DNA of 64,000 nt, from positions 110,920,001 to 110,984,000 of the forward strand of contig NW_024704743.1 in NCBI RefSeq assembly GCF_018977255.1, given 5' to 3'. Under the pieces are notes generated by a model that was not told the DNA's origin, made no database searches, and saw only the letters and a program-made list of their open reading frames with translations. Below, one piece after another: positions 41,085 to 53,154 of the stretch. The position numbers and the translations under genes were made by a program. This DNA is from Callorhinchus milii. Taxonomy: Eukaryota. How positions within the stretch are numbered: position 1 is the first letter of the stretch; each line of letters starts with the position of its first letter.

Positions 41085-41520
41085 CAATAACTTGTATTTA
41101 TATAGCAACCCTCACACAGGTTACTGTCTTGGAGCGCTTAATGTGGCGGAGCCTGATGCCGAGCCAGGCGAGGAGGTGACCGTTAGCACAATCGAAGAGC
41201 AAGTGATCTGCAAAAGGGGAAGGAGGGGGCAATGCCTTACCCTTTTTCATAAATTTGTTGAGGAAGCGTTTTGAGGCAGAGTGGCTAAAAATGTGGCTAA
41301 AAGTATGGCTGCTGATGCTGGAAGGGACGAGGGACAAGCAGAGGCCGGAGCCAGCTGAGTGGAAGTGGCGACTAGTAGAGCAGGTATTAAGTAGGTTAGA
41401 GAGAGATTGGGAGGTCCAAGGGTATGGAGGGAGTGTGAGGATCTTGAAGTTGATCTGTTCAGTGATAGGGAACTACTAAAGCCTGGTAAGGACTGGCGAG
41501 ATGAGGGTACGGAGTTTAGA
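41085..41520 (-). mobile_element. old L2 3' fragment
   Basis: Reverse-complement similarity to 34035-34550. Confidence 0.65.
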
Positions 41521-43172
41521 GCGGGTTAGTATACAAATACTTTAGAGATTTGGGGAAGGATTGACTAGGATCATAACAATGCTAATCAATAGAAAAACAT
41601 TTGACTTGCCCCCATATACAGCTATATTTATTGCAAATATCTTCAGGGATCTGTAAAAGATTTTAGATGTATAACTTAAATGGCCTATGTTTGGTTTCAT
41701 TTTTTAATAAATTTATTTCAAATGGATTGTAAACTGGTATGCAGTAGCATCGTGTAAAGTAACTCTTGTCTTCACATTGACTTGTTATTGCAGTTGCACT
41801 TAACTGTAGAATAATTTGTAAGCCTTTTAGGATCAAATATGTCCATGCTTCTTTATATTTGCTATGTATTATGCATTTTGTTTTTTTAGTCTGACTACCT
41901 GAACATATGGTATATTGTACAGTCATTCTAGCAAATGGATAACAAGCTAAAGCTGCAGAGTGCTATTAGCTAGGTTTACTAAAAAAAAGTAATTGTGCTA
42001 AACTGATCGTAGTGCTTATGGTGCTTGGTATGTGCCAAATGCTCTGACCAGACCAGTATATTAAAGATTGTGTGGAAGTCATATTTTTTTTTTTTGTGCG
42101 GTCATTGCAGAAATGTCAAAGGCTGTAAATAAGATTTTGCATTCTACGAGCTTAAAACTGATCATGTGAATTTATAATGTCCTTTTGGATTGTGCATTAG
42201 CCAGTCAAATGCAGATTTACATTGAATTAGACTTCTGGGTCACAGGACAAGACTGCTCACTTTATCAAACTTTCTGGACAAAGTTCATTTTAAATCTTTA
42301 AAAGGTTAGGATTTTCACTTTTGTTATATTATTGACTTGCTGTTTTGGGATAATTTTTTTTTTTAACCAAACATATATTGCCCAGAGGATTTTTTTTCTT
42401 GAGTAAAAAAAATTACCAGCTTTTTGTGTCAATCTTCTACTGTTTGACCATGTGTCCACTAGGAATCTGCTAAAAGGCATCTCATTTGGATAGAGCACAC
42501 ACATCTCTGTTTCCATCAAAAGGATGTTAATTCAAACCCAGATCCTTGAGGTTGTTTCTCTGTGGAACACCTTGTTGTCTCCAACCTACTCCTGCAGACC
42601 TGGCCGTCCCCCACTAAACCTGCTTTGTCCATGTTTGGCTGCTGCCCTAAGTCCAAGCTTCCAATTCCCATGCCTCTGAACTTCTCTTTCCTCTCCTTTC
42701 CTAGCCATTGTGGCTCCTCTTGTGTCTTTTTCCTTACTATTCTCACTCACTACTCTTTCATCGCTCCCCACTGCTTCTCCCGAATTCAATCTCCATCCTC
42801 AACTCCCCCCAGCAAATCAAATTGATCCTCAATTTCAGGCAATGCAGAACGTCCCCCAACACTGTCAGGAATTGGCTGCTGCGTTTTGCCCACAAATATA
42901 CAGTCAATTTGCTTTACAGTATATTCTGTGAAGCGCTTTAGTCTAGAAGATGTGAAAAGCGCTATATCAAATGCAAGGATTATTATTATTATAGCCTACA
43001 CTGTGAGTTCAATGTCCTGATATGGGGTTGAACTCACGGCCTTCTGACTCTGAGACAAGACTGCTTACAGTTGAGCCAGGTTGACACTGCTTAGTCCTTC
43101 CCTCATGTCTACTTTTTCTACAGTAGTCTTTTCACTCCTCTCTCCAAATTAGATAAGTTTATTCTGTTAAAC

Positions 43173-43351
43173 CAGTGGTGGCCAACCTACAACAAAATAC
43201 ATTTTCTTAATTGAATATTTCTTGATTTATGCCATAGATTTAAATCAAGAAAAAACATACTACCGATCGATCACGGACTTACCTAGACTTGTGCAAGTGT
43301 TCGGGAAGCTGCTTCTTGATGGCCCCGCGGGCCACAGGTTGGTCAACACTG
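43173..43351. mobile_element. non-autonomous hAT-type DNA transposon (MITE)
   Basis: TIRs CAGTGGTGGCCAACCT and AGGTTGGTCAACACTG (13/16 match as inverted repeats), flanked by 8-bp TGTTAAAC and TCTTAAAC (7/8 TSD). Subterminal GGCCCCGCGGGCCAC. Confidence 0.8.
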
Positions 43352-44699
43352 TCTTAAACGTTTCAGCAACAGAATAGCTGTAATGCCTGGTATGAAAGCA
43401 TTGAGCCTTTCTATACCCAAACTGTATTGTAGCTAGTAAAGTGGAGTTTTGCAAAAATAGAATATTGCAAAGGTTCTCCTGAAAATATATTGCATGTGGA
43501 TTATTTTCACAAGCTTTTAAAATCAGTCAAACCCTGAGTATGTGAAGCATGATTATATTTTGCAAGAGATCCGATAGTGAGTGAGTATCAAATCATAAGT
43601 GAGTTAGGCAGAAGCATGTGTGGGAATATAAATTGTCTGGTGGCTCTTCATTATGTATCTTTGTTTATGCCAGATGTTGGATAAATGAAACAAAGAATTC
43701 AAAAATAAGATGTAGGTTGGTTCTACTGAGACTCTTTCTCCTCCCCCCCCCCCCCCCCCAATCCTGCATCAGGCTATGCAAATCTGTCCCTGCCATCCTT
43801 GCCTTATTTTGCTGACTCCTTGTATCTGAGATCTTGCCTTAAGCTTCCCACCCATCCATGGAATTACAAACACGGCACTGAAAGTGTGGATCTTTCCCAT
43901 TCAGCTCCAGTTAACCCTGCAATTCAAAGCCCAACTAAGTAGAGAGGTCTCAATTGAACAAGCAATCAGGAAGCTTTCCAGATCGTGTTTTCAATAACAA
44001 GCTCTGCAGTTTTTGAGCTGTTTGAACTCCAGCGTTGTTCCAATATATACTCTGGGGTCCCCAAGGCCTAGCTCTCACCATCCTATACCAAATACTCAGG
44101 ATTTGGGGGGTGTCCCTCCAGGGAGAGGGTGTGCATTCCATTCCAGATGTACGGAAATTTTCATGTGAAGGTGGCATACTTGTGTGGCACTGTCTTAAGC
44201 AGGTGACAGATTTTTGCCAGTGTCAGACACCTGGCTGACCAAAAAAATTGTCCCTCCTGCTGGTACCCTCTGATTTTAGTCTGTTTGTTCCTCACACCAT
44301 CTGCTCCATCATTGATGGCCAAGCTTTCAGCCTCTGCTCTTGAAGTCTTCAAGAAGCTTTTGTCTCATTTTTTTCTTCCCATGTCTTCAAGAACCTCTTT
44401 TTTAAAAAAAAAAACTTTCCAACATTTGGAAACGACTACATTTTCCAAGCATAGGCCAAAGTGTTGGGAGGTAAACATTTAACATGCCATTTACGCTTCC
44501 AGCACACTTTAAATATTCAGCAGCAAATTACACAAGTGAAGCTGGAAATGCCTGTACCTACGCTTTTTGCTGTAATGCAACAATACCGTTGCCTAGATTA
44601 CTCTTGTGATGGGTGAGAGCTTTACGATTCCAGTAGCATTAATACATTGTGAAATGCTGCATAGCAATGGCAAAAATAAGGGATGTCATAGCCATAAAT

Positions 44700-46005
44700 G
44701 CACAACAATAATTTACATTTGTAAAGTGCCTTTCACATCGGGAGGATGTCCCAAGGCGCTGGACAGACCGAGTTACGGACTCAAGCTGGGGGTCGGGGAG
44801 GGTGGAGGGGGGAAGCGGGGAGATCGAAAGCATGGTCGAAGAGGAGGGTCTTGAGATGGGTCTTGAAGGTGTCAAGGGAGTGGGCGAGGCAGAGGGACTG
44901 CGGGATGGAGTTCCAGATGGTGGGGCAGAGTGGCGGAAGGCCCTTCCACCAATAGTGGGGTAAGCGAGGCAGGGGACGTGAAGCAGGCTGAAGCCCGCTG
45001 AAGAGTCCTGGATGATTCACAACCTGTGGAGGGAGGAGTTGGGGAGGCCGACAAGCAAGGAGTTTGCATAGTTGAGTCTCAATGTAATGAAAAGATGTAT
45101 GAGGGTTTTGGTGGCCTATGGTGTGAGACAGTGGCGGAGCCGGATGACGTTGCGGAGGTGGGGGAAGGCAGACCGGGTCATGGTGCAGATATGAGGTGGA
45201 AAGGATAGTTGACGGTCAAACAAGACCCCAAGTTTCTGGACTGGCTTAGAAGGTGGAGTGTGCAACCATGGATGGTGATGCTGTCAGCGCCTAAAGTGAA
45301 GAGGCGCTCATGGAAGCCAATCAGGAGAGCCTCGGTCTTGTTGACGTTCAACTGAACAAAGTTATCTCTCATCCAGGACGACGTCTAACAGACATTCAGT
45401 CAGGACAGCAGTAGTCCTGGAGTCAAGGGTGGAGGCAGAGAGGTAGAGTTGGGCGTCATCTGCATACATGTGGAAGTTGACCCCATGTCTGGATGATGTC
45501 ACCAAGAGGGAGCGTATAGATATTGAGGAGGAGGGGACCAAGGACAGAGCCCTGAGGAACGCTGCATGAGAAGGTCCTGTGGCTAGAAGAGAAGCTGTTT
45601 GTGGCGATGAAATGCAGACGGTGTGAGAGGTGCAATCTGAACCAGTCAAGGACAGCCGTGGAGGTTAAGGTGGGAGAAGAGGCGGTGGATGAGGATAGAA
45701 TGGTCGGTCAACAGTGTCAAAAGCAGCAGAAAGGTCAAGGAGTACGAGGAGGCAGAGGGAGTCCTGGTCGCAGATGGACAGAATGTCATTTGTCACTTTG
45801 ACCAGGGCTGTTTCTGTGCTGTGGGCGGCACGGAAACCCGATTGGAGGGGTTCGAGAAGGGAGTGGCGGGAGAGGAAGGAGCGAAGCTGAGAAGTAACAA
45901 CTCGTTCCAGGACCTTGGAGAGGAAAGGGAGGTTGGAGATGGGGCGGTAGTTAGGGAGTAGAGAAGGGTCCAGGGAGGGTTTTTTAAGGATAGGAGTGAT
46001 GGTAT
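44700..46005 (-). mobile_element. L2 LINE, longest fragment (RT domain to 3' tail, with internal deletion and frameshifts)
   Basis: [40 protein letters not shown] and HMYADDAQLY, plus the L2 tail. Confidence 0.95.
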
Positions 46006-46726
46006 AACAAAGGTGAGCAATGGTATAACTGGTAGAAGTCATCAAGATCATCAGCCGTTCTGTGTGATTGTATCAACCAGTTTAAGCTTCCTCATCCACA
46101 AGTGAAGACTTTTGTTTAAAAAAAAGTGGAATAAAATAATACTATTTCTGTTCATATCTAGTTTCATATATTGCTCCTGTGATGCAAGAGGAAATTTCAC
46201 ATTAAATGAAACTTGCAATAAAGATGTTCCTTGTATCTTAAGCCTGCTATTGACTGTTTCAAACCAAAATACATTTCTAAATTTTTGTGGAGGGGAGAAA
46301 TTCTTTGCCTTTTTTATTAAAACAAAATAGTGACCAGTGAATTGGGAACTTCTCTTGACTAGATGGGGAACCCCAGGGCAAGGGGTACAACTTTAAAATG
46401 ATCTAAGCTGACACAGCAGAGTTTGGGAGGGTGGGGAGTGTGAATGTGTAAATGTGTAATAGACTGTCTCAGAGCAAAAGGTGGTTGATTTGAGGTGTTC
46501 AAGAGAGCAAGGAAGTAAAGGGATATGGAGGAAAGGCAGGAAAACAAAATTCAAAAGATGCAGCGGACTTGAGGATGGACCAAATTCCCTATAATAGACC
46601 CTGCATTTGATAATTCCTTTCACATCTGAAATATCTTGAGTGCTTCACGGGGTTTACTTTGAAGTGTAGTAATTGTATTTTGTTGGCAAACATGGCAGCT
46701 CATTTGCACACAACAATGTCTTTTGT

Positions 46727-47039
46727 GGAGTCCTATAGCTCAGTGGTTAGAGCAATCGCCTCGCAAAGGAGAGACCAGGGTTTGATTCCCAGCAGGGCGA
46801 AACCTTGGGCAAGTTTTCTTACTCCACCCCTTGATGATAATCTGAAGAGAAAAAAACAATAATAAATTGGTCACTTCACTCCATAACTGTTTGTGGGACA
46901 CTACTGTGCACAATTGGCTGTCACCTTTCACCCATAAATATACAGTCGATTCACTTTACAGTATATTCTGTGAAGCTCTTTGAGACGTCTAGAAGATGTG
47001 AAAAACCGCTATCAAATGCAAGGATTATTTATATTATTA
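46727..47039 (+). mobile_element. tRNA-headed SINE inserted antisense into a Deu-domain SINE (46598-47147, minus strand)
   Basis: Full head, body and tail. The host tail lies to the left and the host Deu domain to the right. Confidence 0.9.
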
Positions 47040-47184
47040 CCAATCATGAAGTGAAAGACCAAATTTATTGTTGGCCAGCACGCCAGGGGAAACTCCCTTC
47101 CCTTTTGAATGATGCCATGGGATTTTCAATGTCCAGTTTAAATAGACCTACTCCTGTTCTGTGTTGAGAAAGACCAGTGATTTG

Positions 47185-47410
47185 TAAATGCTACATAGTA
47201 TAATATGGCACGGAAACTGGCCATTCAACCCAATTAGTCCGTGCCAGTGTTTATGCTCCATACAAGCCTCATTCCTATCCCTCTCGGCTTTTCCATTCTC
47301 CCTCATAAACGCATGCAGTTCTCTCAAATACATTGATGCTATTTGTTTCAGACATCGCTGCTGTCAGTATGTTCTTACCATTGTCTGTGTGAAGTTTCTT
47401 CTTAATTTCT
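47185..47410 (-). mobile_element. CR1 3' fragment
   Basis: Reverse-complement match to 11040-11220. Confidence 0.75.
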
Positions 47411-48652
47411 TCCTATTAGATCTAACCACTAATGAATTGGGGGTAATTGCATGACTTTTATCTAATCCTGGCTTGATGCAATTATATGGTGTGCACTGTA
47501 CATATTAACTAGTGTAGGTGATTATACTGTAGTTAGTTGCAAGCCTAAATTTAGTAGTTGTTTAGTTATGGTCTGCGCAGTGTTTTGGGTAGAATCCTAA
47601 TAGTGGTCTTGCAACTTTGATTTTTTTTGTACCTTGGACTGTTCATCTATGCAAGTAAAATACTTTTATAATAGACTAACTGTAACTAAGAGAATACTGA
47701 AAAGCTTTTTTTTGATGATCTTTTTAATGGGTCAATTGCTGTGCGCAATTGGCTGCTGCGTTTCGCCCACAAAATAGTCACTACTTTACAGTATATTCTG
47801 TGAAGCGCTTTGAGACATCTCGAAGATATAAGGCCCTATATCAAATGCAAGGTTTATTATTACTAACATCAGATGTAATATCCTTGACAAATAGATTTAC
47901 TTGTTTTACACAAGTAAATTGCTGCCACTATCGGCTTATGCAGTATACTTTGACTGATATGCATTGTCAGTGAACACTCGCCTGCTTCATGTCCCTCGCT
48001 AGATTCACTCTATCGTTAGTGAGTGACCTTTCAGCCATGCTACCTTTGCTCTCTGAAACACCATCCTAGGAGAATTCCTTCAACCATTTGCATAAGACTT
48101 CAGTCCTTAAGTTTCAGGAGAAGGTGTTTTATTTTGTTAATTTATGGCATATTTAACTATAAATTCAAAATTTTATTTTTTATTTTACTCCTTTGGCATT
48201 TGAGTTATCAAGTTAGAACAGAGGCCTAAGAAATGTCCATATGGTGAGATTATTAACTGCAATTCTGTTACAGGAAGTGATTCGTAATGGAAATGATTGA
48301 CATGCAACAGTACCATGAATGGTGAACTGAGAATACATTTAGTTGTCTTCTAATTTACAATATAAAAGTTATTGTGCAATTTCTTCACTTGAAATACTGA
48401 TCTGTTTTGAAGCAGAGTTTTGCCTGCTTCATGTTTCCCAATTTCTGTAGTTGTTTTTAATTGAGACCATTTTTGAGTTCTGTAAATTACAAGCAGTGTC
48501 TTTATGGCTAGGTAAAATGTGATTCTGGTTCACCTTACCCTTGAGACATTCAGTTTTTGTCACTGGTCAACATTTTTCACGTTTTTTTCCAATTAATCTT
48601 TCCTCAGATTGAAATTCTGAAATTCTGCTGCGTAATCTTACTTGACTGGCGT

Positions 48653-48962
48653 GGAGTCCTGTAGCTCAGTGGTTAGAGCACTCGCCTCACAAGCAAGAGA
48701 CCTGGGTTCAATTCCCGACAGTGTGAAACCTTGGGCAAGTTTCGTTACTCCACACGCCTGATAATAATCTCTCAAGAAAAAAATGAAATAATAATTTGGT
48801 CACTCAATCCATCACTGTTTGTGGGACACTGCTATGCACAATTGGCTGCTGGGTTACCCACAAATATAGTCCATTCACTTTACCATATATTTCTGTGAAG
48901 CACTTTGAGATGTCTAGAAGACGTGATAAGGTGCTATATCAAATGCAAGGATTATTGTTATT
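48653..48962 (+). mobile_element. tRNA-headed SINE, full length
   Basis: Starts GGAGTCCTGTAGCTCAGTGGTTAGAGC and has the shared tail. Confidence 0.93.
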
Positions 48963-49914
48963 GGCTGCAACCGATGACTAATGTTGATGTTTAGATGTCT
49001 TGCCCTTTCATGAATAATTTTAAAATTAGGATCTGTGCAATTGCTTTGATCTTAACATTTTCTACGACACTGGTAATTGTATCTTAACATCCAAAAGACA
49101 GTAGCATATGTTGGTAGATGTTTAATGGGTAGTGGTTCCTTTTTTGTAGACACTTTGTAAATATTTGATTTTAAGATTTTTGTTTTCATATTTGCATATT
49201 AACTTCCATTTTATTTGCCTTTGTATTATGAAGAGAACTCACTAGGTAGTCATCTGATTTAGATTGTTAAATGACAAACACTACACTGTCACAGTGATTA
49301 TCAAATTTAAGTTTAATTTAGTCAGTTGGTAAGAAGTGCAGTCCTTGAACAGATGCATTTAATTATTTTCTAGGGAACTTTGTAGAATTACAAAAAGAAA
49401 CGATCAGGTGATCATCTGAATTGGAAATATTCATGTGATAATCAACGTGAAAAAACACTTGTTGATGAATCGGTTAATTTACTTTGCTTTTTTAAAATCT
49501 TGAGTATAAAAGTACAATGTATTTGTTTTTAAAATGCCATTCTCGGACTAAAGTCTCAGCATTCCTACTTAGTTATAGACCATGTGTTGAGACTTTCAGC
49601 TGTACTTGTATCTTTCAGTTTATTTTAATATTTGAGTAACTGTGTATGTGAAACCTGTTTAAGAATATAGAACACTTCTCAATGATGTGAATGCAGATGC
49701 ATGCAATTGGGAACAGCTCAATTTGTGTCCATGAATACCCATAACTATCAGCTTCAGTTTTTGAACTTGTGCTGAAGGTTTAATTTCAACTTATCTTTAA
49801 AACGTCTTTAACTAAGTCAATATTAATCTAGAGTTGACTACAGTTACTAAACATGAGTTTTTTTAGTATTGAAGCGACCTAGATTTATTTCCCATTTCCT
49901 GTTTATTTCCATAG

Positions 49915-49950
49915 GACAAACTGCAGGTGACATTAAAAAACTGAAAGCAG
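49915..49950 (+). CDS. candidate 36-nt cassette exon in tpd52 intron 1 ((G)QTAGDIKKLKA-G)
   Basis: Long pyrimidine tract plus TAG acceptor, CAG|GTACGA donor, phase 1-1 and stop-free in the tpd52 frame. I recognise no homologue. Confidence 0.45.
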
Positions 49951-51839
49951 GTACGAATTAAATATTAGTTTGCCAATCCAAAATGACAGACTTTGTTATA
50001 ATTTTCATAGAGTTTAAAGTTTTATTGAAAGACCAATAGAATAAACAATTGAAGTGTTCATGCTAACAATTTGCTTATTTATTCATTTTCAACTTCTCCA
50101 CAATATTTTGGTTGGTGTCCAAGAGCATGTTTCTTAGACAGCGGGCCTTGAACTGGGGCACCTTGAGAGGGCAACCTTGCCTACAAATAGTTGCTTTGCT
50201 TTACAATAAAATCCTGTGAAATACTTTGTTTTGACAACTTAAGATGCCGTATCAAATTATTTTATCATAAAACTACACTGTGGAGGCATGAGAGGGCATT
50301 GTCAGTAGGTTTATGCTGTGAATTAAAGTGAGCGCTTTACCTTTGAGTCATTTCATGGTACGAGGAAAATTGCATGCATATTTGAAGTCATAAAGCCTTT
50401 CTTTGTGTATTAAAATCGATCTGCGCCAAATCCATTTCCATTTGTTTAAAGAAAAAATGTAGTTCTTACTACTTCCTCCAGTTTTTTTTCACTCCCTTTT
50501 TTTTGGTCAGCCAGGTGCCTGACAGATACAGGAAAACCCATTGCTCTGGTTTCAACATTTGGGTGCGACAGTATGCAAAATACTTCAAAGTATTTGATCC
50601 AGAGTAGAAATTTCTGCCCGTTTGTATATTAAAGGCTGAAACTTCCTTTTCTTCTGAAGGTCAGTCACAGAATTTATGGTATCAGATAGCAGCTTGGCAT
50701 CAGATTGGTTCAGTAAGTAGCATTGTCACCTCTCGGATCAAACCCCACTTTTGGACTTGTACTCCAGTGCAATGCCCTCTGACTTGTGCCATTCCTCCTT
50801 CCCCGCTTTTAAAGCTACCCTAAGACTTGCCTCTGACTGCTTTTCATCCCCACTGTTCAGATGTCCAGCCAGCTGTCAAGCATTTTCAGACGTCCTCCCA
50901 ACATGAAATGCACTATATAAGTGTTTGTATTGTTGGGTTTGGCAGCATTTTCTGCAAAGCGTTTTGAAAATCTTTTGACATTTAAGGTGCCTATAAAGTG
51001 AGAACATATAAAAACTTCTTTCTAAATTGGAATTCAAAACCAAGTTTTCCTGTTAAGGAAGTTTTCAGTCTCTTTTATTGTAAGGTCCATAGGATATTTT
51101 GTACAGTGATTGAAGTCCCCATCAGTTGACATTATTGTAAAATGTTTTATATAGAAACAATTAAACTAATGCCATGTTGGGCCAAAGCTGTTTCTTGCTG
51201 AAATTTCAGATTCGTAAGTTATGGGCTCCATTTATATCTACTGCAAAACATATTTGGTTTAACTCCAACAAATCTAGCAGATATTTTGGTGCAATCAAAC
51301 CAAGTACCCTGGTGTTTTTTTTAAAAATGTTCAACCTTTTGTTGAGCCTAGATAGTGTCAGGAATTCAGTTAGGAAGTGGGAGGCCAAAACCTGTTGTTT
51401 TCGGATTAGTTATCCAACTGTTCCTGGTATGCATGCCCTAATATCACAACAAGTAATGCATTTATAAACGACTCTGGAGGATGTGCATTAAGTCAACCAG
51501 GAACTGAAAATGAGTGGTACTCATGAGTTGGCTGAAAAAAGCTTTCCAGAGGACTATGATTGTTCAACTGAGTGGTTTGGTTGTGTGGAAGTTAGCTTGG
51601 GGCATGCGTAGGAATACAATAAAAGGTAACTCATTAAACTCTGTTTGCTCAGGCTGAATTAACAAAAGACCAGTATGTGCAATCTTTGAGATTTTGACAT
51701 TTATATTTAAGTTTTTTGGGAGAATGGGAGATTCATCTGTATTGTAAACAACCAGTCTTAAGTTTTGTTTTATCTGTAATTTCAGCACAAGTTGACTTAA
51801 TTAGCCTTTTAAGACAAATGCTGTTTAAAGCTGGTTAGA

Positions 51840-51975
51840 ATGGATACAGGTGACGTGGACACACAGGAAGAATACAAATCGCCCTTTGACTTTAGTTTGG
51901 GTGTGAATCAAGATTATTTGTACTTGTCTCCCAGCACTAATGTATTTTCACCAGGATCTCCTAGTGTGAAGAAAG
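51840..51975 (+). CDS. tpd52: tpd52 alternative first coding exon, PrLZ/PC-1-like N-terminus
   Basis: Translates MDTGDVDTQEEYKSPFDFSLGVNQDYLYLSPSTNVFSPGSPSVKK-G, ending at the donor AAG|GTAATT (phase 1). It resembles the human long-isoform N-terminus as I recall it (EDYQSPFDFDAGVNKSYLYLSPSGNSSPPGSP). Confidence 0.9.
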
Positions 51976-52724
51976 GTAATTATTTTGACTCCGGTTGCAA
52001 TTTTTTTTTTGTTGTATAGAAAAGTCGGCTGCTATTCAAACTTGTTCAAGTTGTAAGACTAGTTTCAAATGGGGCTCATGTTGTACTTTGATCAAATTAC
52101 TTCACGTGATGCACAAGTATGAGCAGCTTAGTTATTAAACTATAATTATTTAGTACTTTGGTCTTGCCTTTAAAATTAATTTTAGGTCACCAAACCTTAA
52201 CATTTGGAGTGATGTATTCTAAATGTAACATTTATTTATACACTTTAAAGTTTAAACTGTTTGATTTAGGCATTGTAGACAAACTAAGCTAACGTACTAC
52301 TTATTTTTGCTGCAACTATTGTTAAATTCAAAATACAGTAAATGTAATTTTGTAGTGTGCTTTGTGGTGTGTTAAATGATTTCTTTTGTGATTTCTCATT
52401 GAAGAAATTAGTATTGTATATAAGTATTATATACTTCCTTGTACTCATTGATAGTAAACTGATCTGGATATGCCAATTTTGACAAATACTGAAGGACATG
52501 CAAGTTAATTTTTTGGACTTTTTTGAAGTTTTTTATAAAGAGGGAGTTACACCAAGGTGTTCCTGCTTTTTCTCCTTTGCCTTCATCATGTGGATCTTTC
52601 TTAGCCAGAATTGCCTGCGCAAGCCTAAATCAGCTTCTTTCAGATACCCGGATGAGCTGCACAGTCTTAACTTCAGAGGAGTTGAATTTTGTTTAGCTTG
52701 TTTCCTGCAGCTTAAGATTGGCTA

Positions 52725-52880
52725 AATCATAAAATCGTACAGCACAGAGGGAGGCCATTTGGCCCATCGTGTCTGTGCCGGCTCTTTGAAAAGAGCTATC
52801 GAAATCAGTCCCAGTCCCCCGCTCTCTCCATAGCCCTGCAAGTTTGTCCTCCCCAAATAATTATTATTCATTTAATAATG
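52725..52880 (-). mobile_element. CR1 3' end fragment
   Basis: ACAGCACAGAGGGAGGCCATTTGGCCCATCGTG, similar to 2660-2880. Confidence 0.75.
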
Positions 52881-53154
52881 CCTTGAAAATACTTGGAGGA
52901 AGTCTTGTACAAGTTCGGGGAGCGGAGTCTTTATACCACCCAAAATGTCGTTTACTATCGTACCAGTATTTTCAAGGCGTTATTCAAATTAAGACCGTCT
53001 CTTCAGATTTAAACGTTTTGATACATGTCTGCAGTTTTAATTCCCTCAGACTTGGTATCTGCACACAAAGCAAGCTTACAAGAGTTGCTCTTGATGTAAA
53101 GCGCATCTGACACATTTGGATTAGGTGGTAAGGGAAAGGGCAATGCCTTGGGAA

